Assembly (NCBI RefSeq): GCF_009914755.1
Contig: NC_060933.1
Direction: 5' to 3' (one strand)
Source of the DNA: the human T2T-CHM13v2.0 reference genome, Homo sapiens
DNA: 64,000 bases
Position 1 is the stretch's first letter, and every line of letters begins with the position of its first letter. The translations under genes were made by a program, and so were the position numbers. The notes under the pieces were generated by a model. It saw only the letters and a list, made by a program, of their open reading frames with translations, ran no database searches and was not told where the DNA came from. Below are positions 29,401-43,269 of the stretch, one piece after another.

Positions 29401-29999
29401 CCGGATGATTCCATTCCATTGCATTCCATTCCATTCCATTCCCCTGCACTCGCGTTGATTCCATTCCATTCCATTACCTTACATTCCGTTCCATTCCATT
29501 CCATTCCATTCGGATTGATTCTATTCAATTCCCTTACACTCCATTACATTCCATTCCATTCGGGTAGTTTCCATTCCATTCCATTCCATTCCTCTCCATT
29601 CCATTGCACTCGGGTGGATTCCATTCCATTCCATTCCATTCCATTCCATTCCATTCCATTCCATTCCATTGTACTCGGGTTGATTCCATTCCATTGCATT
29701 CCGTTCCATTACATTCCCCTGCACTCGGGTTGATTCCATTCCATTCCATTCCATTCCATTCGATTCCATTCCATTCCAATTCTTTCCATTCCATTCTATT
29801 CCGTACCATTCCATTCCATTCCATTGTACTCGGGTTGATTCCATTCCATTGCATTCCATTCCTTTCCATTCCATTCCATTCCATTCCATTCCATTCCGTT
29901 CCATTCCATTACATTCGGATTGATTCTATTCAACTCCCTTACTCTCCATTACTTTCCATTCCATTCGGGTTGTTCCATTCCATTCCATTCCATTCCACT

Positions 30000-32900
30000 C
30001 CATTCCATTTCACTCGGGTTGATTCCATTCCATTCCATTCTATTCCATTCCATTCGATTCCATTCCATTCCTTTCCATTCCATTGTACTCGGGTTGATTC
30101 CATTCCATTGCATTCCATTCCATTCCATTCCATTCCATTGCATTCCATTCCGTTCCATTCTATTACATTCGGATTGATTCTATTCAACTCCTTTACTCTC
30201 CATAACATTCCATTCCATTCGGGTTGTTCCATTCCATTCCATTCCATTCCACTCCATTCCATTGCACTCGGGTTGATTCCATTCCAATCCATTCCATTCC
30301 ATTCCATTCCATTCCATTCCATTCCATTCCATTCCGGATGATTCCATTCCATTGCACTCCGTTCCATTACATTCCCCTGCACTCGGGTTGATTCCATTCC
30401 ATTCCATTCCATTCCATTCCATTCCATTCCATTCCATTCCAATTCTTTCCTTTCCATTCTATTCCGTACCATTCCATTCCATTTCATACAATTCCATTCC
30501 ATTCCATTCCATTCCATTCCATTCTGTTCCGTTCCGTTCAGTTCCGTTCCATTCCATTCCATTCCATTCTATTCGGGTTAATTCCATTCCATTCCATTCC
30601 ATTACATTACATTCCGTTCCATTCCATTCCATTCCATTCGGATTGATTCTATTCAATTCCCTTACACTCCATTACATTCCATTCCATTCGGGTAGTTTCC
30701 ATTCCATTCCATTCCATTCCATTGTACTCGGGTTGATTCCATTCCATTGCATTCCATTCCATTCCATTCCATTCCATTATATTCCGTTCCATTCCATTAC
30801 ATTCGGATTGATTCTATTCAATTCCCTTACACTCCATTACATTCCATTGCATTCCATTCCATTCCATTCCATTTCGTTCCATTCCATTCTATTCCGTATC
30901 ATTCCATTCCATTCCATTCCATTGCATTCCATTCCATTCCATTCCACTCGTGTTGATTTCATTCCTTTCCATTCCATTCGGTTTGAAAGCATTCCATTCC
31001 ATTCCATTCCATTCCATTCCATTCCATTCCATTCCATTCCATTGTACTCGGGTTGATTCCATTCCATTGCATTCCATTCCATTCCATTCCATTCCATTCC
31101 ATTCCATTCCGTTGCGTTCCATTCCATTACATTCGGATTGATTCTATTCAACTCCCTTACTCTCCATTACATTCCATTCCATTCGGGTTGTTCCATTCCA
31201 TTCCATTCCATTCCACTCCATTCCATTGCACTCGGGTTGATTCCATTCCATTCCATTCCATTCCATTCCATTCCGGATGATTCCATACTATTGCATTCCG
31301 TTCCATTTCATTCCCCTGCACTCGCGTTGATTCCGTTCCATTCCATTCCATTCCATTCAATTCCATTCCATTACAATTCGTTCCATTCCATTCTATTCCG
31401 TACCATTCCATTCCAATCCATACCATTCCATTCCATTCCATTCCATTCCATTCCATTCCATTCCATTCCATTCCGGATGATTCCATTCCATTGCATTCCG
31501 TTCCATTACATTCCCCTGCACTCGGGTTGATTCCTTCCCATTCCATTCCATTCTATTCCATTCCATTCCATTCCAATTCTTTCCTTTCCATTCTATTCCA
31601 TACCATTCCATTCCATTTCATACAATTCCATTCCATTCCATTCCATTCCATTCCATTCCATTCCGTTCCTTTCCGTTCCGTTCCGTTCCATTCCATTCCA
31701 TTCCATTCTATTCGGGTTAATTCCATTCCATTCCATTCCATTGCATTATATTCCATTCCATTGCAATCGAGTTGAATCCATTGCATTCCATTCCATTCCA
31801 TTCCATTCCGGAAGATTCCATTCCATTGCATTCCATTCCATTCCATTCCCCTGCATTCGCGTTTATTCCTTTCAATTCCATTCCGTTCCATTCCATTCCA
31901 TTCCGTTCCGATCCATTCCATTCCATTCCATTCCATTCCATTCCATTCCATTCCGTTCCGTTCCGTTCCATTCCATTCTATTCCGTTCTATTCGGGTTAA
32001 TTCCATTCCATTCCATTCGATTGCAATCGAGATGATTCCATTCCATTCCATTCCATTCCATTCCATTCCTTTCCATTACATTACGGGTGATTCCATTCCA
32101 TTGCATTCCATTCCATTCCATTCCCCTGTACTCGAGTTGATTCCATTCCATTCCATTCCATTCCATGCCACTCCACTCGTGTTGATTCCACTCTTTCCAT
32201 TCCATTCAAGTTGAATCCATTCCATTGCATTCCATTCCATTCGATTCCATTCGATTGCACTCTTGTTGATTCCATTCCATTTCATTCCATTCCATTCCAT
32301 TCCATTCCATTCCATTCCCTTCCATTCCATTCCATTACATTCGTATTGATTCTATTCCATTCCCTTACACTCCATTACATTCCATTCCATTCGGGTAGTT
32401 TCCATTCCATTCCATTCCATTCCTTTCCATTCCATTGCACTCGGGTTGATTCCATTCCATTCCATTCCATTCCATTCCATTCCGGATGATTCCATTCCAT
32501 TGAATTCCATTCCATTCCATTCCCCTCCACTTGGGTTGATTCCATTCCATTCCATTCCATTCCTTTCCGTTCCATTCCATTCCATTCCATTCCATTCCAT
32601 TGTATTCGTGTTAATTCCATTCCATTCAATTCCATTCCATTCCATTGAAATCGAGTTGATTCCATTCCATTCCATTCCATTCCATTCCGGATGATTCCAT
32701 TCAATTGCATTCCATTCCATTCCATTCCCCTGCACTCGGGTTGAATCCATTCCATTCCGTTCCATTCCATTCCATTCCATTCTATTCGGGTTAATTCCAT
32801 TCCATTCCATTCCACTCCATTCCAGTCCTTTGCATTCCATTCCACTAGGGTTGATTCCATTCTATTCCTTTCCATTACATTCCATTCCATTGCAATCGAG

Positions 32901-35900
32901 TTGATTCCATTCGAGTTGAATCCATTCCATTCCATTCCATTACATTACATTGCACACGGGTTCATTCCATTCCATTCCATTCCATTCCTTTCCATTCCAT
33001 TCCATTTCATTCCGTTCCATTCTATTCCGTACCATTCCATTCCATCCCATTCCATTCCATTCCATTCCATTCCATGCCATTACACTCGGGTTGATTCCAT
33101 TCCTTTCCATTCCATTCTTGTTGAATCCATTCCATTCCATTCCATTCCATTCGAATCCTTTCCATTGCACTCGGGTTGATTCCATTCCATTCCGTTCCAT
33201 TCCATTTCATTCCATTCCATTCCATTACATTCGGATTGATTCTATTCAGTTCCCTTACACTCCATTACATTCCATTCCATTCGGGATGTTTCCATTCCAT
33301 TCCATTCCATTCCACTCCATTCCATTGCATCGGGTTGATTGCATTCCATTCCATTCCATTCCATTCCGGATGACTCCATTCCAATGCATTCCATTCCATT
33401 CCATTCCCCTGCACTCGGGTTGATTACATTCCATACCATTCCCTTCCATTCCATTCCATTCCACACCGGATGATTGCATTCCATTGCTTTCCATTCCATT
33501 CCATTCCATTGCAATGGAGTTGATTCCATTCCATTCCATTCCATTCCATTCCATTCCATTCCATTCCCGATGATTGCATTCCATTGCTTTCCATTCCATT
33601 CCATTCCCCTGCACTCGGGTTGATTCCATTCCATTTCATTCCATTACATTCCTTTCCATTCCATTCCATTCCATTCTATTCGGGTTAATTTCATTCCATT
33701 CCATTCCATTCCATTCCATTCCATTCCATTCCATTGCAATCGAGTTGATTCCATTCCATTCCATTCCATTCCATTCCATTGCATTCCAATCAATTTGATT
33801 CCATTCCATTCCATTCCATTCCACTCCATTCCAGTCCTTTCCATTCCATTCATCTCGGGTTGATTCCATTCTATTCCTTTCCATTCCATTCCATTCCATT
33901 GCAATCGAGTGGATTCCTTTCGAGTTGAATCCATTCCATACCATTCCATTACATTACATTGCACACGGGCTCATTCCATTCCATTCCATTCCATTCCATT
34001 CCATTCCATTTCATTCCATTCCATTCTATTCCGTACCATTCCATTCCATCCCATTCCATTCCATTCCATTCCATGCCTTTACACTCGGGTTGATTCCATT
34101 CCTTTCCATTCCATTCTTGTTGAATCCATTCCATTCCATTCCATTCCATTCGAATCCATTCCATTGCACTCGGGTTGATTCCATTCCATTCCATTCCATT
34201 CCATTTCATTCCATTCCATTACATTACATTCCGATTGATTCTATTCAATTCCCTTACACTCCATTACATTACATTCCATTCGGGTAGTTTCCATTCCATT
34301 ACATTCCATTCTTCTCCATTCCATTGCACTCGGGTTGATTCCATTCCATTCCATTCCATTCCATTTCATTCCATTCCATTACATTACATTCCGATTGATT
34401 CTATTCAATTCCCTTACACTCCATTACATTCCATTCCATTCGGGATGTTTCCATTCCATTCCATTCCATTCCACTCCATTCCATTGCATCGGGTTGATTC
34501 CATTCCATTCCATTCCATTCCGGATGATTCCATTCGATTGCATTCCATTGCATTCCATTCCCCTGCACTAGGGTTGATTACATTCCATTTCCTTCCCTTC
34601 CATTCCTTTCCATTCCATTCCATTCCATTCTATTCGGGTGAATTCCATTCCATTCCATTCCATTCCATTCCATTCCATTCCATTCCATTCTATTGCAATC
34701 GACTTGATTCCATTCCATTCCATTCCATTCCATTCCAATCGTGTTGATTCCATTCCTTTCCATTCCATTCGGTTTGAAGCCATTCCATTCCATTTAATTC
34801 CATTCCATTCCATTCCATTCCATTCCATTCCATTCCATTTCATTCCATTGTACTCGGGTTGATTCCATTCCATTGCATTCCATTCCATTCCATTCAATTC
34901 CATTCCGTTCCATTCCATTCCATCACATTCGGATTGATTCTATTCAACTCCCTTACTCTCAATTACATTCCATTCCATTCGGATTGATTCTATTCAACTC
35001 CCTGACTCTCCATTACATTCCATTCCATTCGGGTTGTTCCATTCCATTCCATTCCATTCCACTCCATTCCATTGCACTCGGGTTGATTCCATTCCACTCC
35101 ATTCCATTCCATTCTATTCCGGATGATTCCATTCCATTGCATTCCCTTCTATTACATTCCCCTGCCTTCGCGTTGATTCCATTCCATTCCATTCCATTCC
35201 ATTCCATTCCATTCCATTCCATTCCATTCCAATTCGTTCCATTCCATTCTATTCCGTACCATTCCATTCCATTCCATACCATTCCATTCCATTCCATTCC
35301 ATTCCATTCCGTTCCATTCCATTCCATTCCATTCTATTAGGGTTAATTCCATTCCATTCCATTCCATTCCATTCTATTCCATTCCATTGCAATCGAGTTG
35401 AATCCATTGCATTCCATTCCATTCCATTCCATTCCATTCCATACCATTCCATTCCATTCCGGAAGATTCCATTCCATTGCATTCCATTCCATTCCATTCC
35501 CCTGCACTCGCGTTTATTCCTGTCAATTCCATTTCATTCCATTCCATTCCATTCCGTTCCTCTCCATTCCATTGCATTCCATTCCATTCCATTCCATTCC
35601 ATTCCGTTCCGTTCCGTTCCGTTCCATTCCATTCCATTCCATTCTATTCGGGTTAATTCCATTCCATTCCATTCGATTGCAATCGAATTGATTCCATTCC
35701 ATTCCATTCCATTCCATTCCATTCCATTCCATTCCTTTCCATTCCATTACGGATGATTCCATTCCATTGCATTCCATTCCATTCCATTCCATTCCGGATG
35801 ATTCCATTCCATTGCATTCCGTTCTATTACATTCCCCTGCACTCGCGCTGATTCCATTCCATTCCATTCCATTCCATTCGATTCCATTCCATTCCAATTC

Positions 35901-36460
35901 GTTCCATTCCATTCTATTCCGTACCATTCCATTCCATTCCATACCATTCCATTCCATTGCATTCCATTCCATTCCATTCCATTCCATTCCATTCCTTTCC
36001 GTTCCATTCCATTCCATTCCATTCCATTCCATTCCGTTCCGTTCCATTCCATTCCATTCCATTCCATTCCATTCCGTTCCGTTCCGTTCCGTTCCATTCC
36101 ATTCCATTCCATTCCATTCTATTCGGGTTAATTCCATTCCATTCCATTCGATTGCAATCGAGTTGATTCCATTCCATTCCATTCCATTCCATTCCTTTCC
36201 ATTCCATTACGGATGATTCCATTCCATTGCATTCCATTCCATTCAATTCCCCTGTACTCGAGTTGATTCCATTCCATTCCATTCCAATCCATGCCATTCC
36301 ACTCGTGTTGATTCCATTCTTTCCATTCCATTCAAGTTGAATCCATTCCATTGCATTCCATTCCATTCGATTCCATTCGATTGCACTCGGGTTGATTCCA
36401 TTCCATTGCATTCCATTCCATTCCATTCCATTCCATTCCATTCCATTCCATTCCATTTCA
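30000..36460 (+). repeat. Copy 2 of block S (corresponds to ~1.1-6.45 kb, then ~7.5-8.6 kb)
   Basis: Colinear markers at ~28.9 kb offset: CACTCGGG 1103/30011, CATTCGCGTTT 2971/31854, GCACACGGGCTC 5013/33961. ORF pair 5965..6432 / 34873..35340 is near-identical. The offset then drops to ~27.9 kb (ORF starts 7533 vs 35398). Confidence 0.9.
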
Positions 36461-39400
36461 TTACATTCTGATTGATTCTATTCAATTCCCTTACACTCCA
36501 TTATATTCCAATCCATTCTGGTTTTTTCCATTCCATTCCATTCCATTTCACTCCATTCCATTGCAGTCGGGTTGATTGCATTCCATTCCATTCCATTGCA
36601 TTCCATTCCATTCCATTCCGGATGATTCCATTCCATTGCATTCCATTCCATTCCATTCCCCTGCACTCAGGTTGATTCCATTCCATTCCATTCCATTACA
36701 TTCCGTTCCATTCCATTCCATTCCATTCGGATTGATTCTATTCAATTCCCTTACACTCCATTACATTCCATTCCATTCGGGTAGTTTCCATTCCATTCCA
36801 TTCCATTCCTCTCCATTCCATTTCACTCGGGTTGATTCCATTCCATTCCATTCTATTCCATTCCATTCGATTCCATTCCATTCCATTCCATTCCATTGTA
36901 CTCGGGTTGATTCCATTCCATTGCATTCTATTCCATTCCATTCCATTCCATTCCATTCCGTTCCATTCTATTACATTCGGATTGATTCTATTCAACTCCC
37001 TTACTCTCCATAACATTCCATTCCATTCGGGTTGTTCCATTCCATTCCATTCCATTCCACTCCATTCCATTGCACTCGGGTTGATTCCATTCCAATCCAT
37101 TCCATTCCATTCCATTCCATTCCATTCCATTCCATTCCATTCCGGATGATTCCATTCCATTGCACTCCGTTCCATTACATTCCCCTGCACTCGGGTTGAT
37201 TCCATTCCATTCCATTCCATTCCATTCGGATTGATTCTATTCAATTCCCTTACACTCCATTACATTCCATTCCATTCGGGTAGTTTCCATTCCATTCCAT
37301 TCCATTCCTCTCCATTCCATTTCACTCGGGTTGATTCCATTCCATTCCATTCTATTCCATTCCATTCGATTCCATTCCATTCCATTCCATTCCATTGTAC
37401 TCGGGTTGATTCCATTCCATTGCATTCTATTCCATTCCATTCCATTCCATTCCATTCCGTTCCATTCTATTACATTCGGATTGATTCTATTCAACTCCCT
37501 TACTCTCCATAACATTCCATTCCATTCGGGTTGTTCCATTCCATTCCATTCCATTCCACTCCATTCCATTGCACTCGGGTTGATTCCATTCCAATCCATT
37601 CCATTCCATTCCATTCCATTCCATTCCATTCCATTCCGGATGATTCCATTCCATTGCACTCCGTTCCATTACATTCCCCTGCACTCGGGTTGATTCCATT
37701 CCATTCCATTCCATTCCATTCCATTCCATTCCATTCCAATTCTTTCCTTTCCATTCTATTCCGTACCATTCCATTCCATTTCATACAATTCCATTCCATT
37801 CCATTCCATTCCATTCCATTCCATTCTGTTCCGTTCCGTTCCGTTCCGTTCCATTCCATTCCATTCCATTCTCTTCGGGTTAATTCCATTCCATTCCATT
37901 CCATTCCATTCCATTCCATTCCATTACATTCCGTTCCATTCCATTCCATTCCATTCGGATTGATTCTATTCAATTCCCTTACACTCCATTACATTCCATT
38001 CCATTCGGGTAGTTTCCATTCCATTCCATTCCATTCCATTGTACTCGGGTTGATTCCATTCCATTACATTCCATTCCATTCCATTCCATTCCATTACATT
38101 CCGTTCCATTCCATTACATTCGGATTGATTCTATTCAATTCCCTTACACTCCATTACATTCCATTGCATTCCATTCCATTCCATTCCATTTCGTTCCATT
38201 CCATTCTATTCCGTATCATTCCATTCCATTCCATTCCATTGCATTCCATTCCATTCCATTCCACTCGTGTTGATTTCATTCCTTTTCATTCCATTCGGTT
38301 TGAAGGCATTCCATTCCATTCCATTCCATTCCATTCCATTCCATTCCATTCCATTCCATTGTACTCAGGTTGATTCCATTCCATTGCATTCCATTCCATT
38401 CCATTCCATTCCATTCCATTCCATTCCGTTGCGTTCCATTCCATTACATTCGGATTGATTCTATTCAACTCCCTTACTCTCCATTACATTCCATTCCATT
38501 CGGGTTGTTCCATTCCATTCCATTCCATTCCACTCCATTCCATTGCACTCGGGTTGATTCCATTCCATTCCATTCCATTCCATTCCATTCCGGATGATTC
38601 CATTCTATTGCATTCCGTTCCATTTCATTCCCCTGCACTCGCGTTGATTCCATTCCATTCCATTCCATTCCATTCAATTCCATTCCATTACAATTCGTTC
38701 CATACCATTCTATTCCGTACCATTCCATTCCAATCCATTCCATTCCATTCCATTCCATTCCATTCCATTCCATTCCATTCCATTCCGGATGATTCCATTC
38801 CATTGCATTCCGTTCCATTACATTCCCCTGCACTCGGGTTGATTCCTTCCCATTCCATTCCATTCTATTCCATTCCATTCCATTCCAATTCTTTCCTTTC
38901 CATTCTATTCCGTACCATTCCATTCCATTTCATACAATTCCATTCCATTCCATTCCATTCCATTCCATTCCATTCCGTTCCTTTCCGTTCCGTTCCGTTC
39001 CATTCCATTCCATTCCATTCTATTCGGGTTAATTCCATTCCATTCCATTCCATTCCATTATATTCCATTCCATTGCAATCGAGTTGAATCCATTGCATTC
39101 CATTCCATTCCATTCCATTCCGGAAGATTCCATTCCATTGCATTCCATTCCATTCCATTCCCCTGCATTCGCGTTTATTCCTTTCAATTCCATTCCGTTC
39201 CATTCCATTCCATTCCGTTCCGCTCCATTCCATTCCATTCCATTCCATTCCATTCCATTCCATTCCATTCCGTTCCGTTCCGTTCCGTTCCATTCCATTG
39301 TATTCCGTTCTATTCGGTTTAATTCCATTCCATTCCATTCGATTGCAATCGAGATGATTCCATTCCATTCCATTCCATTCCATTCCATTCCATTCCATTC

Positions 39401-39790
39401 CATTCCTTTCCATTACATTACGGATGATTCCATTCCATTGCATTCCATTCCATTCCATTCCCCTGTACTCGGGTTGATTCCATTCCATTCCATTCCATTC
39501 CATGCCACTCCACTCGTGTTGATTCCATTCTTTCCATTCCATTCAAGTTGAATCCATTCCATTGCATTCCATTCCATTCGATTCCATTCGATTGCACTCG
39601 TGTTGATTCCATTCCATTTCATTCCATTCCATTCCATTCCATTCCATTCCATTCCATTCCCTTCCATTCCATTCCATTACATTCGGATTGATTCTATTCA
39701 ATTCCCTTACACTCCATTACATTCCATTCCATTCGGGTAGTTTCCATTCCATTCCATTCCATTCCTTTCCATTCTATTGCACTCGGGTTG
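36460..39790 (+). repeat. Copy 3 of block S (corresponds to ~0.74-3.58 kb) with an internal 499-bp tandem duplication
   Basis: TGCAGTCGGGTTGATTGCA at 841/36562; CGGATG...CTATTGC at 2371/38591; CATTCGCGTTT at 39166. Confidence 0.88.
36728..37720 (+). repeat. Near-perfect 499-bp tandem duplication
   Basis: CGGATTGATTCTATTCAATTCCC at 36728 and 37227. ORFs 36761..36946 and 37260..37445 translate identically at offset 499. Confidence 0.92.
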
Positions 39791-39859
39791 ATTCCATTCC
39801 ATTCCATTCCATTCCATTCCATTCCATTCCATTCCATTCCATTCCATTCCATTCCATTT

Positions 39860-42800
39860 CATTCGGATTGATTCTATTCAATTCCCTTACACTCCATTAC
39901 ATTCCATTCCATTCGGGTAGTTTCCATTCCATTCCATTCCATTCCTCTCCATTCCATTTCACTCGGGTTGATTCCATTCCATTCCATTCTATTCCATTCC
40001 ATTCGATTCCATTCCATTCCATTCCATTCCATTGTACTTGGGTTGATTCCATTCCATTGCATTCTATTCCATTCCATTCCATTCCATTCCATTCCGTTCC
40101 ATTCTATTACATTCGGATTGATTCTATTCAACTCCCTTACTGTCCATAACATTCCATTCCATTCGGGTTGTTCCATTCCATTCCATTCCATTCCACTCCA
40201 TTCCATTGCACTCGGGTTGATTCCATTCCAATCCATTCCATTCCATTCCATTCCATTCCATTCCATTCCGGATGATTCCATTCCATTGCACTCCGTTCCA
40301 TTACATTCCCCTGCACTCGGGTTGATTCCATTCCATTCCATTCCATTCCATTCCATTCCATTCCATTCCATTCCAATTCTTTCCTTTCCATTCTATTCCG
40401 TACCATTCCATTCCATTTCATACAATTCCATTCCATTCCATTCCATTCCATTCCATTCTGTTCCGTTCCGTTCCGTTCCGTTCCATTCCATTCCATTCCA
40501 TTCTATTCGGGTTAATTCCATTCCATTCCATTCCATTCCATTACATTCCGTTCCATTCCATTCCATTCCATTCGGATTGATTCTATTCAATTCCCTTACA
40601 CTCCATTACATTCCATTCCATTCGGGTAGTTTCCATTCCATTCCATTCCATTCCATTGTACTCGGGTTGATTCCATTCCATTGCATTCCATTCCATTCCA
40701 TTCCATTCCATTACATTCCGTTCCATTCCATTACATTCGGATTGATTCTATTCAATTCCCTTACACTCCATTACATTCCATTGCATTCCATTCCATTCCA
40801 TTCCATTTCGTTCCATTCCATTCTATTCCGTATCATTCCATTCCATTCCATTCCATTGCATTCCATTCCATTCCATTCCACTCGTGTTGATTTCATTCCT
40901 TTTCATTCCATTCGGTTTGAAGGCATTCCATTCCATTCCATTCCATTCCATTCCATTCCATTGTACTCAGGTTGATTCCATTCCATTGCATTCCATTCCA
41001 TTCCATTCCATTCCATTCCATTCCGTTGCGTTCCATTCCATTACATTCGGATTGATTCTATTCAACTCCCTTACTGTCCATTACATTCCATTCCATTCGG
41101 GTTGTTCCATTCCATTCCATTCCATTCCACTCCATTCCATTGCACTCGGGTTGATTCCATTCCATTCCATTCCATTCCATTCCATTCCATTCCGGATGAT
41201 TCCATTCTATTGCATTCCGTTCCATTTCATTCCCCTGCACTCGCGTTGATTCCATTCCATTCCATTCCATTCCATTCAATTCCATTCCATTACAATTCGT
41301 TCCATACCATTCTATTCCGTACCATTCCATTCCAATCCATTCCATTCCATTCCATTCCATTCCATTCCATTCCATTCCATTCCATTCCATTCCATTCCGG
41401 ATGATTCCATTCCATTGCATTCCGTTCCATTACATTCCCCTGCACTCGGGTTGATTCCTTCCCATTCCATTCCATTCTATTCCATTCCATTCCATTCCAA
41501 TTCTTTCCTTTCCATTCTATTCCGTAGCATTCCATTCCATTTCATACAATTCCATTCCATTCCATTCCATTCCATTCCATTCCATTCCGTTCCTTTCCGT
41601 TCCGTTCCGTTCCATTCCATTCCATTCCATTCTATTCGGGTTAATTCCATTCCATTCCATTCCATTCCATTATATTCCATTCCATTGCAATCGAGTTGAA
41701 TCCATTGCATTCCATTCCATTCCATTCCATTCCGGAAGATTCCATTCCATTGCATTCCATTCCATTCCAATCCCCTGCATTCGCGTTTATTCCTTTCAAT
41801 TCCATTCCGTTCCATTCCATTCCATTCCGTTCCGCTCCATTCCATTCCATTCCATTCCATTCCATTCCATTCCGTTCCGTTCCGTTCCGTTCCATTCCAT
41901 TGTATTCCGTTCTATTCGGTTTAATTCCATTCCATTCCATTCGATTGCAATCGAGATGATTCCATTCCATTCCATTCCATTCCATTCCATTCCATTCCAT
42001 TCCATTCCTTTCCATTACATTACGGATGATTCCATTCCATTGCATTCCATTCCATTCCATTCCCCTGTACTCGGGTTGATTCGATTCCATTCCATTCCAT
42101 TCCATGCCACTCCACTCGTGTTGATTCCATTCTTTCCATTCCATTCAAGTTGAATTCATTCCATTGCATTGCATTCCATTCGATTCCATTCGATTGCACT
42201 CGTGTTGATTCCATTCCATTTCATTCCATTCCATTCCATTCCATTCCATTCCATTCCATTCCCTTCCATTCCATTCCATTACATTCGGATTGATTCTATT
42301 CAATTCCCTTACACTCCATTACATTCCATTCCATTCGGGTAGTTTCCATTCCATTCCATTCCATTCCTTTGCATTCCATTGCACTCGGGTTGATTCCATT
42401 CCATTCCATTCCATTCCATTCCATTCCATTCCATTCCATTCCGGATGATTCCATTCCATTGAATTCCATTCCATTCCATTCCCCTCCACTTGGGTTGATT
42501 CCATTCCATTCCATTCCATTCCTTTCCGTTCCATTCCATTCCATTCCATTCCATTCCATTCCATTGTATTCGTGTTAATTCCATTCCATTCTATTCCATT
42601 CCATTCCATTGAAATCGAGTTGATTCCATTCCATTCCATTCCATTCCATTCCGGATGATTCCATTCAATTGCATTCCATTCCATTCCATTCCCCTGCAGT
42701 CGGGTTGAATCCATTCCATTCCGTTCCATTCCATTCCATTCCGTTCTATTCGGGTTAATTCCATTCCATTCCATTCCACTCCATTCCAGTCCTTTGCATT

Positions 42801-43250
42801 CCATTCCACTAGGGTTGATTCCATTCTATTCCTTTCCATTACATTCCATTCCATTGCAATCGAGTTGATTCCATTCGAGTTGAATCCATTCCATTCCATT
42901 CCATTACATTACATTGCACACGGGTTCATTCCATTCCATTCCATTCCATTCCATTCCATTTCATTCCGTTCCATTCTATTCCGTACCATTCCATTCCATC
43001 CCATTCCATTCCATTCCATTCCATTCCATGCCATTACACTCGGGTTGATTCCATTCCTTTCCATTCCATTCTTGTTGAATCCATTCCATTCCATTCCATT
43101 CCATTCGAATCCTTTCCATTGCACTCGGGTTGATTCCATTCCATTCCGTTCCATTCCATTTCATTCCATTCCATTCCATTACATTCGGATTGATTCTATT
43201 CAGTTCCCTTACACTCCATTACATTCCATTCCATTCGGGATGTTTCCATT
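39860..43250 (+). repeat. Copy 4 of block S (corresponds to ~1.0-4.44 kb)
   Basis: Markers at 41193 (=2371), 41778 (=2971), GCACACGGGTTC ~42916 (=4099) and CGGGATGTTTCC ~43236 (=4434). Confidence 0.88.
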
Positions 43251-43269
43251 CCATTCCATTCCATTCCAT

